A stretch of 50,609 bases of DNA, taken from a virus. Lineage: Duplodnaviria > Caudoviricetes. The notes beneath the pieces are model-generated. The model saw nothing but the letters and a program-made list of their open reading frames with translations. It was not told the DNA's origin and did not search any database. The position numbers and the translations under genes are program-made. Of this stretch, positions 35,329 through 45,271 are shown one piece after another. Position 1 is the stretch's first letter. The number at the start of each line of letters is the position of its first letter. The stretch is taken from positions 1 through 50,609 of the IMG/VR virus record IMGVR_UViG_3300026551_000001. One strand, written 5' to 3'.

Positions 35329-35539
35329 TAATAACAAACAAGATAGTTATAATGGAATAATGGGTTCTCCTATGGATGCTAAGAAACATCCTGCCCATAA
35401 GATCTCCCATCCTCATGGCAACCATGGAGTCTTACCTGACATCAAAGGACATGATAATACCCATGGTAGGTCTTCTATAGGATCTCCTCTTCTTCAAGGA
35501 CAAGCTGATAGCGGAGCTCCATCAGGGATGTCTATGTAA
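35318..35539 (+). CDS. His/Gly/Ser-rich low-complexity protein
   Basis: AAAGGA RBS; TAATG coupling to the next gene. Confidence 0.7.
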   Translation: MNYDNNKQDSYNGIMGSPMDAKKHPAHKISHPHGNHGVLPDIKGHDNTHGRSSIGSPLLQGQADSGAPSGMSM

Positions 35540-35898
35540 TGGCTGAACACGGTCTCCCTTCAGTTCCTCCGACTATGCCTCTGTATAGATCCGGAGTTGA
35601 CTCAGAACATAAATTTACAATCCAAGATAATGGAATAGACGATATGAAGAAATCAGCCAGGGAAAGACAACTCAAGAACAGAGCTCTAATCCATAATGCC
35701 TTCCCTGCTCAAGGATCAGAAACAGCTCCTCCTCAATCTATGAGTAATGCTCCAGGTAAAGAACCAGGAGGAATCAATAGAGGAATGCAATCTCAAGAAG
35801 CTATAGATCAACAAGGCAGTAATCCTACAGTAACTAATCCAGGATCTTATTCAGGATACTCTGGAGGTAACTACTCCTCAGCTCAGGAACCCTACTAA
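35539..35898 (+). CDS. Low-complexity Ser/Gly/Pro/Gln-rich protein
   Basis: TAATG coupling at both ends. Confidence 0.7.
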   Translation: MAEHGLPSVPPTMPLYRSGVDSEHKFTIQDNGIDDMKKSARERQLKNRALIHNAFPAQGSETAPPQSMSNAPGKEPGGINRGMQSQEAIDQQGSNPTVTNPGSYSGYSGGNYSSAQEPY

Positions 35899-36257
35899 TG
35901 AATTACTCAACAGGACAAGAATATGGAGATAGTCCTCCTTCTGTAGGTCTATCTAAAGTCTCTACCTTAAGTACTAAAGATTATATGCTTCCAGTTATTG
36001 ACGTAGACAAACAACGAAGGAATTTCCCCTGCTATGAAGTCAACCAATACTTCACGTTACAAGACATTATCACCGGAGATACTGAAGGAACTACTGACAC
36101 AGATGCAGAGACCCACGGACCTCAATACGACAAACCCTCCGGAGAGTTCCAATCTACATCAGGAGGCTACACTAAAACCTATAAAGCCTATAAGAATGCC
36201 ACAAGAAAGCGTGGAGGAACGATTGGGTCTATCAAAGCCCTCGGCACAGGTCGATAA
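35898..36257 (+). CDS. Hypothetical protein with a basic C-terminus
   Basis: TAATG coupling; AGGA RBS. Confidence 0.7.
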   Translation: MNYSTGQEYGDSPPSVGLSKVSTLSTKDYMLPVIDVDKQRRNFPCYEVNQYFTLQDIITGDTEGTTDTDAETHGPQYDKPSGEFQSTSGGYTKTYKAYKNATRKRGGTIGSIKALGTGR

Positions 36258-36277
36258 CTATACAAGGCTTCTTAAAG

Positions 36278-36472
36278 GTGAGCTCTAAACAAATATCTAA
36301 AGATTATCCTTTTGGTTATAAATTCAGACCAGGAGAGAATTATACATTTGTTTCTTCTGAAGCTTATGGACAGTTTCGTAAAACAGGAGAATATTCATAT
36401 CCAGTAGGGTATGGTCCATTCAAACAAAAAACAGTAACTGTTAAATTAGATAATAGTTGGATTAATGCGTAA
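36278..36472 (+). CDS. Hypothetical protein
   Basis: GTG start; fills the gap between neighbours. Confidence 0.55.
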   Translation: MSSKQISKDYPFGYKFRPGENYTFVSSEAYGQFRKTGEYSYPVGYGPFKQKTVTVKLDNSWINA

Positions 36473-36800
36473 GCAGATTCACGAAGGTTACGTAATGATA
36501 GACCATAGAGCTTCTCCTGGTCTATCTGAAAAGGAAGCCTTATCCTTAGGTTATAATCCTTCTCATGTCTCCGAAGGACAATTATTCGAAGCTAAAACCA
36601 ATCATTGCAATCACTGTGGAACGGTAGTAATAATCAATCCTCTTCGTACGAGAGAGAGATCATATTGTTCTTATTGTGATAAATATATCTGTGATAACTG
36701 TGGGGTATCAGTCAAACTACCCGATTATGTACATAAAACCTATCAACAACAACTAGAAGAAAGTCATACTTTCTATTCAAATCAAGGAAATATTATTTAA
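36465..36800 (+). CDS. Zinc-finger protein
   Basis: CNHC, CSYC and CDNC motifs. Confidence 0.75.
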   Translation: MRKQIHEGYVMIDHRASPGLSEKEALSLGYNPSHVSEGQLFEAKTNHCNHCGTVVIINPLRTRERSYCSYCDKYICDNCGVSVKLPDYVHKTYQQQLEESHTFYSNQGNII

Positions 36801-37336
36801 TGGCTAAACGATCGTTTAACACTTTTGGACAGACTTGGACTCAGACTGCCTTAGCTACCAACTTAGCTAACGGTACCTATATGGCTATGGTCGGATCTTC
36901 GACTACTCAGATCACAGATATCTTAGAAGTTCTCATTTCAGGTACTTCTGCTGCATCTGCCGTCGGTGCATTCGCTTATATCCCCATTTCTACTGCTCAG
37001 GCAGGTGGTGCTACAGCTTTAGCAGCTCCTAACTCAGATGGTCCTATCCAATCCAACGCAACTCCAGTTATCAATACTACATATGTAGCTGCTACTACTA
37101 ATGGACCTCAAGCATCTAATGGTATCACAGCACCTAAGATTAACTTAGGTCTTAACTGTTTCGGTGGTATCATACGATGGAACGCAGCTCCTACACAGCA
37201 GTTTACTATGATTGGTAATGCTGTTTTTGCTGCAGGTACTCCAGTCACCTTTGGACAGTCAGTTCTTATGAATATGACTGCCGGTACAGGTGCTTCCGTC
37301 ACTGCTAACGCACACGTCATCTATGAGCCGTACTAA
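36800..37336 (+). CDS. Putative virion decoration protein
   Basis: Ala/Thr/Gly-rich beta-type composition; AAGGA RBS. Confidence 0.6.
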   Translation: MAKRSFNTFGQTWTQTALATNLANGTYMAMVGSSTTQITDILEVLISGTSAASAVGAFAYIPISTAQAGGATALAAPNSDGPIQSNATPVINTTYVAATTNGPQASNGITAPKINLGLNCFGGIIRWNAAPTQQFTMIGNAVFAAGTPVTFGQSVLMNMTAGTGASVTANAHVIYEPY

Positions 37337-37710
37337 TGGCCGCTTCTCGTAACGATTCTTATCAATTATCTCAAGATACAGTCTTTCAGAATCGTGTACA
37401 ACAGTCCTTAATTGCAGCTTGTATAGCTATTACAAATGAAGGTTGGTCTGTTGCTTTCCATAGAGAAAGAGATAGATTTGCTGTTAGTATCTTAGCAGCA
37501 GGTTCGACGACTAATCAAAATTCCTTTGTAGTGTTATTTACCAATGCTGTGTCTACTGATACGAACGTATTAGCAGATGCTACCGTCGGTGGTACAGTCG
37601 CAATTACTGCTGCTTCTAGAGCTGCTCAGTCACTTCTAGTAACAGATGCTCACATTGATTCTGCTGTCTCCTCTATGTTCAATTCTTTCATAACAGAACC
37701 TAACGGGTAG
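37336..37710 (+). CDS. Putative virion-associated protein
   Basis: Coupled ORF in a fibre/decoration block. Confidence 0.55.
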   Translation: MAASRNDSYQLSQDTVFQNRVQQSLIAACIAITNEGWSVAFHRERDRFAVSILAAGSTTNQNSFVVLFTNAVSTDTNVLADATVGGTVAITAASRAAQSLLVTDAHIDSAVSSMFNSFITEPNG

Positions 37711-37711
37711 A

Positions 37712-38524
37712 ATGTCGACATCTACGGGTATTAGTTTAACTCCTGCTCCTTATTGGCCCAACGTATACACTACAGGAGTTCCTATCGGAACTACTCTAAC
37801 TGTTGCTGGGTCTAATACAATTAATGCCCCTGGAACTTATGACTCTTTAGACTTTACTGGATTTGTTACTATTGCTGCTAGTAACGTAACTTTAACAAAT
37901 TCCCGTATAAGAGCCATTGCATCTGATCCTTGGTCTCTTGAAGTCAACGGTACTCAAACTAATGTCTTAGTTAAGAATGTAACTATAATCGGAGCTAGCA
38001 ATGCTACTACGACTGGTGGAGCTACGTATGGTTTCTATGTCTCAGGTAATTCAGGTGCTACGTTTGATGCATGTAATATTTCACATGTAGGACAGAATGC
38101 TATTAATAATGGTAATGTCTTAGTTAAGAATTGTTACATTCATGAATTAATATCAGATCCTACTAGCCACTATGAATGTATATATTATGGAGGTGCAGGC
38201 GGAGCTAATCCTAGTTTCTCTTTAGATCTAGAACATAATACATTCATGAATGCTAATAATCAGACAGCTTCTGTCTATATAGAGAACTTCTTCGGTGTCG
38301 TTAATAACGTTACAGTTAATAATAACTTAATAATTGGAGGAGATTTCTCAATATATGTAGAAGGGAATCAGAATCCTAATAATATTACAAATGTTACAGT
38401 AACTAACAATGCTATGGGAGCAGGCATATTTGGTTATACTCATTATGATCAAGCAATAGCTCCTGTTTATCAAGTTATACACACTAACAATTACGATTGG
38501 ATTACAGGGGTAGCTATTCCCTAA
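37712..38524 (+). CDS. Right-handed beta-helix (pectin-lyase-like) protein, candidate depolymerase or receptor binder
   Basis: Asn-ladder repeats NVTLTNSRI, NVLVKNVTI, NVLVKNCYIH, NVTVNNNLI, NVTVTNN. Confidence 0.75.
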   Translation: MSTSTGISLTPAPYWPNVYTTGVPIGTTLTVAGSNTINAPGTYDSLDFTGFVTIAASNVTLTNSRIRAIASDPWSLEVNGTQTNVLVKNVTIIGASNATTTGGATYGFYVSGNSGATFDACNISHVGQNAINNGNVLVKNCYIHELISDPTSHYECIYYGGAGGANPSFSLDLEHNTFMNANNQTASVYIENFFGVVNNVTVNNNLIIGGDFSIYVEGNQNPNNITNVTVTNNAMGAGIFGYTHYDQAIAPVYQVIHTNNYDWITGVAIP

Positions 38525-40758
38525 TGGCTTCTCCGTCTCTTAATCCGGCTGCTGGCGTATCAGCAATCAATGCTACGACTACAATCACTAGTCCAACTCT
38601 TACTACAACAGTAACCAATACAGTTATCATTGCAGTAGTCTATAGTGAAAGAACAGCAGCTAGTGTTAGTTCTGTTGCTTCTGTTACAGGTGGTTTGTCT
38701 TTTACCAGATTTGGTGGTTTCTCAACAGGATCGGGAACAACTCTTATGTTCACCGATGTCTGGTTCTTAGGTTCCGCTACAACATTTAGCGATACAATCA
38801 AAGCAACACTGAATGTTACTCCTGGTAATGCTGTTATGCATTGTTTCGGAGTTCAAGGTTGCGCAGGGATAACTTTACTATCTGCCTTTGATCCTAATGT
38901 AGGTCTACCTTTTACAGTTACAGGAACTACTAGTCCATCGACGATTACGTACTCAACCAGTAATCCAGATGATTTGATATTAACCTGTTGGTTAAATGGT
39001 AATAGTTCAGCAGGAACAGCTGTCGCTCCAGCAATTCCTACCGGCTTTACAAATATACTTACTACGACTAATGCAGCTGGTAGTGGTTCAGTAGGTACAC
39101 GTACATCTTTACTTTCTGTATCTGCAACACAGTCTAGCGCTACCGCTACTTGTACAGTTGGTACTCCGTCTACTGTAAATGGTCTTCTATTTGCTTTAAC
39201 AGCAGATTTAAGTTCTAGTCCAGTCAATAATAAAGATTTCCATAATCCTAATACATTTCCTAGACCTGATGTTTATTATCAATGGTATTCAGAACAATTA
39301 GTTAATCTTCCTAATCCTAAACCTTCTTTACAGAATGATTGGCCTTTACCTAATAGAGGATATGTTTACTCCGATTGGTACAAGTGGATAGAAACGGGAA
39401 ACACCCTTCTTCCTTTTAATCCAATTCCTCATAATCAATTTGATTGGCCGAATCCAAGAGCATACCCTCCAGGCGGATCTTATGTTTATTTCTCTGAACA
39501 GTTAGTTAACCAGCCTAATCCTAAGCCAAGTCTTCAAAGTGACTGGCCTAATCCTTTTAGAACTATATGGTATCAAGCTTGGTCAGAAGCAGGTAATGTT
39601 CAACTACCATTTCCGACTCCATTTGTACCATTAGATCAGACTAATATTAGAGCTAATTTTTGGTTTAGAGACTGGAATCAGAATTTATTACAGACTACTC
39701 TTTCTGTAGCACCTGTACCGTTTATACAGAATAACTGGCCTAATCCTAGTCCCATTTCCTGGTTTAGGGATTGGAATGAAAATTTACTTACTAGTACATT
39801 ATTCCAATCGTTAGCTGTTACTATGCCCTTTAATAATACATGGGATATACCAGTAACATTCAAAGTTAATATACAAACCTGGATTCAAAACTTACTAGAA
39901 AATACCTTAAGTCCTTCTGGTGCATTACCATTCAATCAGTTTGATTGGCCTAATCCTCAAAGAATTATATGGTTTAAAGATTGGAATGAAGATTTATTAA
40001 CTTCAACATTATTCCAGTCATTGGCAATACAAATGCCATTTGCAGGAATATGGGATTTACCTCAGGCTTCTCAAAGATTAGGCTTAACGTGGAATCAAAA
40101 TCTACTTGAAACTACTTTATCTGTTAGTACTCAATTACCCTTCACACAAACGTTTCAATCCTTTTTTTTTCCTACCCCATTTAGTTATAATCAATATTCC
40201 GCGGGCTTAACAAATCTACCTCAGCCTACTCCATTTTTTCAGAATGTAGATTTTCCACTTCCAGTAATTAATAAGCCAATAGATCCTACTTGGCTACAGA
40301 ATCTTTCTGAATTCTTACAATCCGAAACATTCCCATTTGTACAAACAGATTGGAAAAATCCTTATCCAATATATTGGTACAGAGATTATAATCAAAATCT
40401 AGTAATTTATATACCTACAGGTGCTCTACCATTCAGTCAATTTGATTGGCCTTTGACTAGATCACCTAAACCAATAGATCAGTTCTTCTATCAAGCTTTA
40501 GTTCTTAATCTTCCCGAACCTCCTACACCTCCTGCTATTATATCTTCAGGTAGACAGATAACAGAAGCTGAAGTAGCAGCAGAAGTAGCTCAGTGGTGGA
40601 AGAGACAAGAAGCAGCTAGTCTAATACATCCGACTGAATTTGCTCAACTAGGAGCCTCTAAAGGTGGCATAGCAAGAGCTAAATCATTAACCTCAACACA
40701 GAGATCAACCATTGCTACAATAGGAGCTAATACTAGATGGCAGTCCCCGCGAAAGTAA
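38524..40758 (+). CDS. Modular fibre-like protein: Thr/Ser-rich beta domain + Pro/Trp/Gln/Asn repeats + basic C-terminal motif
   Basis: Repeated FxQxDWPNP…W..DWNxNLLxxTL units; ends in LGASKGGIARAKSLT..QRS.IA..GA..RW. Confidence 0.7.
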   Translation: MASPSLNPAAGVSAINATTTITSPTLTTTVTNTVIIAVVYSERTAASVSSVASVTGGLSFTRFGGFSTGSGTTLMFTDVWFLGSATTFSDTIKATLNVTPGNAVMHCFGVQGCAGITLLSAFDPNVGLPFTVTGTTSPSTITYSTSNPDDLILTCWLNGNSSAGTAVAPAIPTGFTNILTTTNAAGSGSVGTRTSLLSVSATQSSATATCTVGTPSTVNGLLFALTADLSSSPVNNKDFHNPNTFPRPDVYYQWYSEQLVNLPNPKPSLQNDWPLPNRGYVYSDWYKWIETGNTLLPFNPIPHNQFDWPNPRAYPPGGSYVYFSEQLVNQPNPKPSLQSDWPNPFRTIWYQAWSEAGNVQLPFPTPFVPLDQTNIRANFWFRDWNQNLLQTTLSVAPVPFIQNNWPNPSPISWFRDWNENLLTSTLFQSLAVTMPFNNTWDIPVTFKVNIQTWIQNLLENTLSPSGALPFNQFDWPNPQRIIWFKDWNEDLLTSTLFQSLAIQMPFAGIWDLPQASQRLGLTWNQNLLETTLSVSTQLPFTQTFQSFFFPTPFSYNQYSAGLTNLPQPTPFFQNVDFPLPVINKPIDPTWLQNLSEFLQSETFPFVQTDWKNPYPIYWYRDYNQNLVIYIPTGALPFSQFDWPLTRSPKPIDQFFYQALVLNLPEPPTPPAIISSGRQITEAEVAAEVAQWWKRQEAASLIHPTEFAQLGASKGGIARAKSLTSTQRSTIATIGANTRWQSPRK

Positions 40759-41104
40759 GTAAATATGCACAAAAGATTGGTAGACTAGGAGGCAGACCTA
40801 AGAAGGAAAACCAGGCAAGCATGGCTACAGCTGGACTAAAAACCAGGCAAGCATCACGATAATGGCTAAAAGAGTTGAAGACTTCTTATTCGGTCTATTA
40901 TTTGGAATGGGCTTCGCCATTGCTAACAATGTATTAAACTTTATAGGACAATTCCTACATGGACACTAGATGCCAGTAGGTTACGAGAAAATAAGAGATG
41001 CTTTTAAACGTAAAGGTATGTCTCTAAAGGCTGCTAAAACTAAAGCAGCTAAAATATGGAATTCAAAACATAAAGGCTCTCAAGCCGTAGGAAGAGGAAA
41101 ATAA
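40737..41104 (+). CDS. Three tiny coupled ORFs (40737-40862 basic, 40862-40969 hydrophobic, 40970-41104 basic)
   Basis: MAVPAKVSKYAQKIGRLGGRPKK…; MAKRVEDFLFGLLFGMGFAIA…; MPVGYEKIRDAFKRKGMSLKAAKTKAAKIWNSKHK…. Stop/start coupled and fill the gap exactly. Confidence 0.65.
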
Positions 41105-41457
41105 TGGTTCAATATATGAGTGATGGAGGTATTGCAGGTTTCTACAATACAGTAGCAGCTGCGTCTGCAGGTGCAGTTAAACTATCAGCCACACAAGGTC
41201 AAACTACTGGAACTATTGGAGATTATCTGGAAAGTATAGTAATTTCAGCAGGAGCTACTCCTGGAATATTTTCTCTTTTGGACAGTAATACTACGACTAT
41301 TTTAACTTTTACCCCTGTAGCTAATACTGTTACTTATTTTCCTTTAAGGATATACGCTAAAGTCACAAATGCAACTGTAGCAAATCAAGGTTGGTTTGTT
41401 AATACAGGGGCTGCGGCTACTACTAATACAGTTATAGCAGTAGGTAAATTCTCTTAA
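41104..41457 (+). CDS. Putative virion structural protein
   Basis: Ala/Thr/Gly-rich small beta-type protein; GAGGA RBS. Confidence 0.6.
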   Translation: MVQYMSDGGIAGFYNTVAAASAGAVKLSATQGQTTGTIGDYLESIVISAGATPGIFSLLDSNTTTILTFTPVANTVTYFPLRIYAKVTNATVANQGWFVNTGAAATTNTVIAVGKFS

Positions 41458-41460
41458 TAC

Positions 41461-41739
41461 ATGATTGTCTGGGAAATAAGCCTAGGGACTATAGTAACCC
41501 TTATAACGTTATTATTTGTTGCATCAGGTTTTTATTGGAAGACAACATTTGACGCTAAGGAAATTAAAGGTGATATTAGAGACATTAAGGAAGATATTAA
41601 GATTTTAAATCAAGTGATTATAGGTTCCGCTATTTTAACTAAAGATGTAAGTTATTTAAGAGAAAGAGTAGAACTTTTTGAACGTAGATTTGATAAAGTA
41701 TTAGATTATCTTCGTAAAGGTGGACACGAGATTGGGTAG
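41461..41739 (+). CDS. Membrane-anchored coiled-coil protein
   Basis: N-terminal TM followed by a heptad pattern. Confidence 0.6.
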   Translation: MIVWEISLGTIVTLITLLFVASGFYWKTTFDAKEIKGDIRDIKEDIKILNQVIIGSAILTKDVSYLRERVELFERRFDKVLDYLRKGGHEIG

Positions 41740-43318
41740 ACCTAAGGGTAGTCTAAATAAATCTAAAGTTAAATTATCTGATATAAGAGCAGATCGTAAG
41801 TTTCTTGCTGAGTCTTCTTTAGTAGAGTTTATTAACTTAGTACATCCTAAGAGAGTTCTAGGTAATATACACAGAGAAGTAATTAGTTGGTGGTGTAAAC
41901 AAGATTCTAAGACTCATCAACTTCTACTCTTACCTAGAGATCATATGAAATCTACTCTTATAGCTTATAGGTTAGCTTGGGAGTTAACTAAAGATCCTAC
42001 TAAGAGAATTCTACTTATATCTAGTACTTCTAACTTAGCTATTAAACAACTTAAGTTTATTAAAGATATTCTGACTAACGATACATATAGAATCTATTGG
42101 CCAGATATGGTCGAGAGAGAGGAAGCTAGACGTGAAAAATGGACAGAAAGAGAAATCTCAGTCGATCATCCCTTGCGAAAGGCAGAGTCTATCAGAGATC
42201 CATCCATATTTACTGCTGGTCTTACTAGCAATATTGTCGGTCTCCATTGTGACATTGCCGCTCTGGATGATGTGGTTGTTGAGTCCAATGCCTACTTAGC
42301 AGATGGTCGAGAGAAAGTACAGAGTCAATATTCTTTGTTATCATCTATTGAATCGGTGAATGCAAAAGAATGGGTGGTCGGGACTAGATACCATCCTAAA
42401 GATTTATATTCTAGTCTACAAGAAATGGAGATTGAAGATTACGATGAATTGGGAAATGTATCCAATGCAACACCTCTATTTGAGGTATTTGAACGACAGG
42501 TTGAATCCGTTGGCGATGGGACAGGGGAATTTCTCTGGCCTAGACAACAAAGAACAGATGGACGATGGTTCGGTTTCGACAGTAAAATCCTGGCCACAAA
42601 AAGAGCACAGTACATTAACAAAGTACACTTTAGGGCCCAGTACTATAACGATCCGCACGACATCGATTCGTCCGCAATTAAACGAGATCTGTTCCAGTAC
42701 TACAACCCAGCCTTTCTCGGACAAAAAGATGGAAGATGGTTCTTTAAGAATGAACGACTCAACGTCGTCGCAGCCGTCGATTTCGCGTATTCGTCAGGGA
42801 AAAGGGCGGATCACTCAGCGATAGTAGTCGTAGGAGTCGACGGTAAAGGTAATTACTATATTTTAGATATAGATAGATTTAAGACAGATAAGATATCTGA
42901 CTACTTTAACAGAATATTAAAATTACATGAAAAATGGGCTTTCCATAAGTTAAGAGCAGAAGTCTCTGTAGCTCAGCAAGTCATAGTCAGAGATCTTAAA
43001 GACAATTATATTAGACCTTTTGGCTTGTCTCTCTCTGTAGAGGAATACCGTCCTAGCCGATGGCAAGGATCTAAAGAAGAGCGTATTCAAGCTACTTTAG
43101 AGCCTAAATATTCTAATCTACAGATGTGGCACTATGCAGGTGGTAATTGTCAAACATTAGAAGAAGAACTTATCTTTACTAATCCTGCTCACGATGACAT
43201 AAAAGATGCTTTAGCTTCAGCAGTAGATTTTGCTGTAGTTCCCTTAGATATATTTAGAATGAAGAAAGATGCTCAAACAGTGTTTCAATTTCATAGTAAG
43301 TTCGGTGGTGTAACTTGA
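41720..43318 (+). CDS. terL: Terminase large subunit
   Basis: LLLPRDHMKST Walker A variant; GLHCDIAALDDVV Walker B; VVGTRYHPKDLY; nuclease AAVDFAYS…DHSAIVVVG…HDDIKDALA. Start may be GTG 41720 or TTG 41732. Confidence 0.93.
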   Translation: MDTRLGRPKGSLNKSKVKLSDIRADRKFLAESSLVEFINLVHPKRVLGNIHREVISWWCKQDSKTHQLLLLPRDHMKSTLIAYRLAWELTKDPTKRILLISSTSNLAIKQLKFIKDILTNDTYRIYWPDMVEREEARREKWTEREISVDHPLRKAESIRDPSIFTAGLTSNIVGLHCDIAALDDVVVESNAYLADGREKVQSQYSLLSSIESVNAKEWVVGTRYHPKDLYSSLQEMEIEDYDELGNVSNATPLFEVFERQVESVGDGTGEFLWPRQQRTDGRWFGFDSKILATKRAQYINKVHFRAQYYNDPHDIDSSAIKRDLFQYYNPAFLGQKDGRWFFKNERLNVVAAVDFAYSSGKRADHSAIVVVGVDGKGNYYILDIDRFKTDKISDYFNRILKLHEKWAFHKLRAEVSVAQQVIVRDLKDNYIRPFGLSLSVEEYRPSRWQGSKEERIQATLEPKYSNLQMWHYAGGNCQTLEEELIFTNPAHDDIKDALASAVDFAVVPLDIFRMKKDAQTVFQFHSKFGGVT

Positions 43319-45126
43319 CTGGTAAAGTACTAGAACTTCATAATGTAATACAACCAGATATGTTAGCTACCCGTATTACTGAGAAATGGGTAGAATGGGA
43401 GACATTACGTCAGGTAAAGAAGAATGATTGGGAGGAAGTTAGACGGTATGTCTATGCTACAGATACTACTCAAACTACTAACAACCAACTTCCTTGGAAA
43501 AATAAGACTACTGTTCCCAAATTATGTCAAATAAGAGACAATCTATATTCAAACTATACAGCTACGCTCTTTCCACAACGTAAGTGGTTGACATGGGAAG
43601 CTAATGAAAGAGATTCTAGTTCTAGAGATAAACGAGATTCTATAACCAACTATATGGCATGGGTAGTCTCTCAACCATCTTTTAAACATGAGATGGATAA
43701 GATTATCATGGATTACATAGATTTTGGTAATTGTTTTGGTACTGTCGAGTGGATGGATCAAAGAGTACAATTACCAGATAAGACACAAGTAGGATATGTA
43801 GGTCCAGCAGTAAGAAGGATCTCTCCTCTTGATATTGTCTTTAATCCTACAGCAGAGAACTTCTATCAATCTCCTAAGATTGTTCGTAGTATTATATCTA
43901 TGGGTGAATTAAGAGATTATCTCCAGAGGATGTCTACTGATGAGAATAGAACTCGTTATACAGAGTTATTCGATTACTTAAAGAATATTAGATTCCATGC
44001 TAGAACGTTCCAAGGAGATTGGATCCAAAGAGATCATCTCTATGCTATGGATGGATTTACTTCATTCAGAGCTTATTTATTACAAGATTTCGTAGAGATA
44101 TTAACTTTCTACGGTGATTATTATGATTACATCAATGACATCTTCGAAAAGAACCGTGTAATTACCATAATAGATCGCCACAAGTTAATATCGAACGAAC
44201 CAGGTCCTTCATACTTTGGTTATGCTCCTATATTCCATGTTCCATGGCGTAAGAAGCAAGATAACTTATGGGGTATGGGACCATTAGATAATCTGGTCGG
44301 TATGCAATATCGTATGGATCATATTGAAAATATGGGAGCAGATGTATGGGATTTAGTAACATTCCCAGTACAGAAGGTTAAGGGCTTCGTCGAAGACTTT
44401 ACATGGCAACCAGGTGAGAAGATATTTGTATCAGACGAAGGAGATGTAGAACTACTAGTTCCTGAAGTGAACGTAATGCAATCTGACATGAAGATAGAAC
44501 GTTTAGAACAACTCATGGAACAAATGGCAGGTGCTCCTAGAGAAGCCATGGGATTTAGGTCTCCAGGTGAAAAGACTAAATATGAAGTCCAACGTCTAGA
44601 AAATGCTTCTTCTCGTATTTATAGTAATAAAATAAAACAGTTTGAAGAACAGGAAGAAGAACCTCTCTTAAATAGCCTCTTAGAACTCGCTAGACGTAAC
44701 ATGGTAGGTGCTACGACAATTAAGGTATTTGATGATGAGTTTAAATTAGCGACCTTCCAGACCCTTACAGTCGACGATATAACAGGTATAGGTCGTATTA
44801 AACCTGTAGCTGCTAGACACTTCGCAGAGCAAGCGGAACTTATCCAGAATCTTACTAATCTAACTCAATCTAATCTATGGCCTATAGTACAACCTCACTT
44901 CTCAGGGGTTAAACTTGCCAAGATATTAGAGAAGACCTTCAACTTAGAAGACTTTGAAGTGGTTACTCCCTACATAGCCTTAGCTGAACAAGCAGATGGT
45001 CAGAAGCAAGCTCAAGCTCTAGAAGAGCAGATGCATCAATCTACCATGACTGCAACAGGTTTAGGTAGTGACTTTGATATAGGACAGAATCCACCTCAAG
45101 TTCAACCAGGACAACAGAATCGATGA
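43315..45126 (+). CDS. Portal protein
   Basis: 603 aa directly after TerL; LPWKNKTTVPKLCQIRDNL, RISPLDIVFNP, WGMGPLDNLVGMQYR, GFRSPGEKT. Confidence 0.88.
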   Translation: MTGKVLELHNVIQPDMLATRITEKWVEWETLRQVKKNDWEEVRRYVYATDTTQTTNNQLPWKNKTTVPKLCQIRDNLYSNYTATLFPQRKWLTWEANERDSSSRDKRDSITNYMAWVVSQPSFKHEMDKIIMDYIDFGNCFGTVEWMDQRVQLPDKTQVGYVGPAVRRISPLDIVFNPTAENFYQSPKIVRSIISMGELRDYLQRMSTDENRTRYTELFDYLKNIRFHARTFQGDWIQRDHLYAMDGFTSFRAYLLQDFVEILTFYGDYYDYINDIFEKNRVITIIDRHKLISNEPGPSYFGYAPIFHVPWRKKQDNLWGMGPLDNLVGMQYRMDHIENMGADVWDLVTFPVQKVKGFVEDFTWQPGEKIFVSDEGDVELLVPEVNVMQSDMKIERLEQLMEQMAGAPREAMGFRSPGEKTKYEVQRLENASSRIYSNKIKQFEEQEEEPLLNSLLELARRNMVGATTIKVFDDEFKLATFQTLTVDDITGIGRIKPVAARHFAEQAELIQNLTNLTQSNLWPIVQPHFSGVKLAKILEKTFNLEDFEVVTPYIALAEQADGQKQAQALEEQMHQSTMTATGLGSDFDIGQNPPQVQPGQQNR

Positions 45127-45271
45127 AGACCGAAGCATTAAAGATTCAAGAGAAATTAATAAAAGATGAACCTTTAACTAGAATAGATAGAAACTTTCTT
45201 ATTGGTTTCATCTTCTTTGCATTAGAGTTTCAAGAATATATAAAAGGTACGACCCAACCTAGGAGAGAATA

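Noticed and set aside
42360-42824. Alternative-frame and antisense ORFs (e.g. 42360-42824, 20524-21425, 24264-24615, 38853-39227)
   Set aside because: Fully nested in well-supported genes, with no RBS or motifs; expected shadows in locally GC-richer segments.
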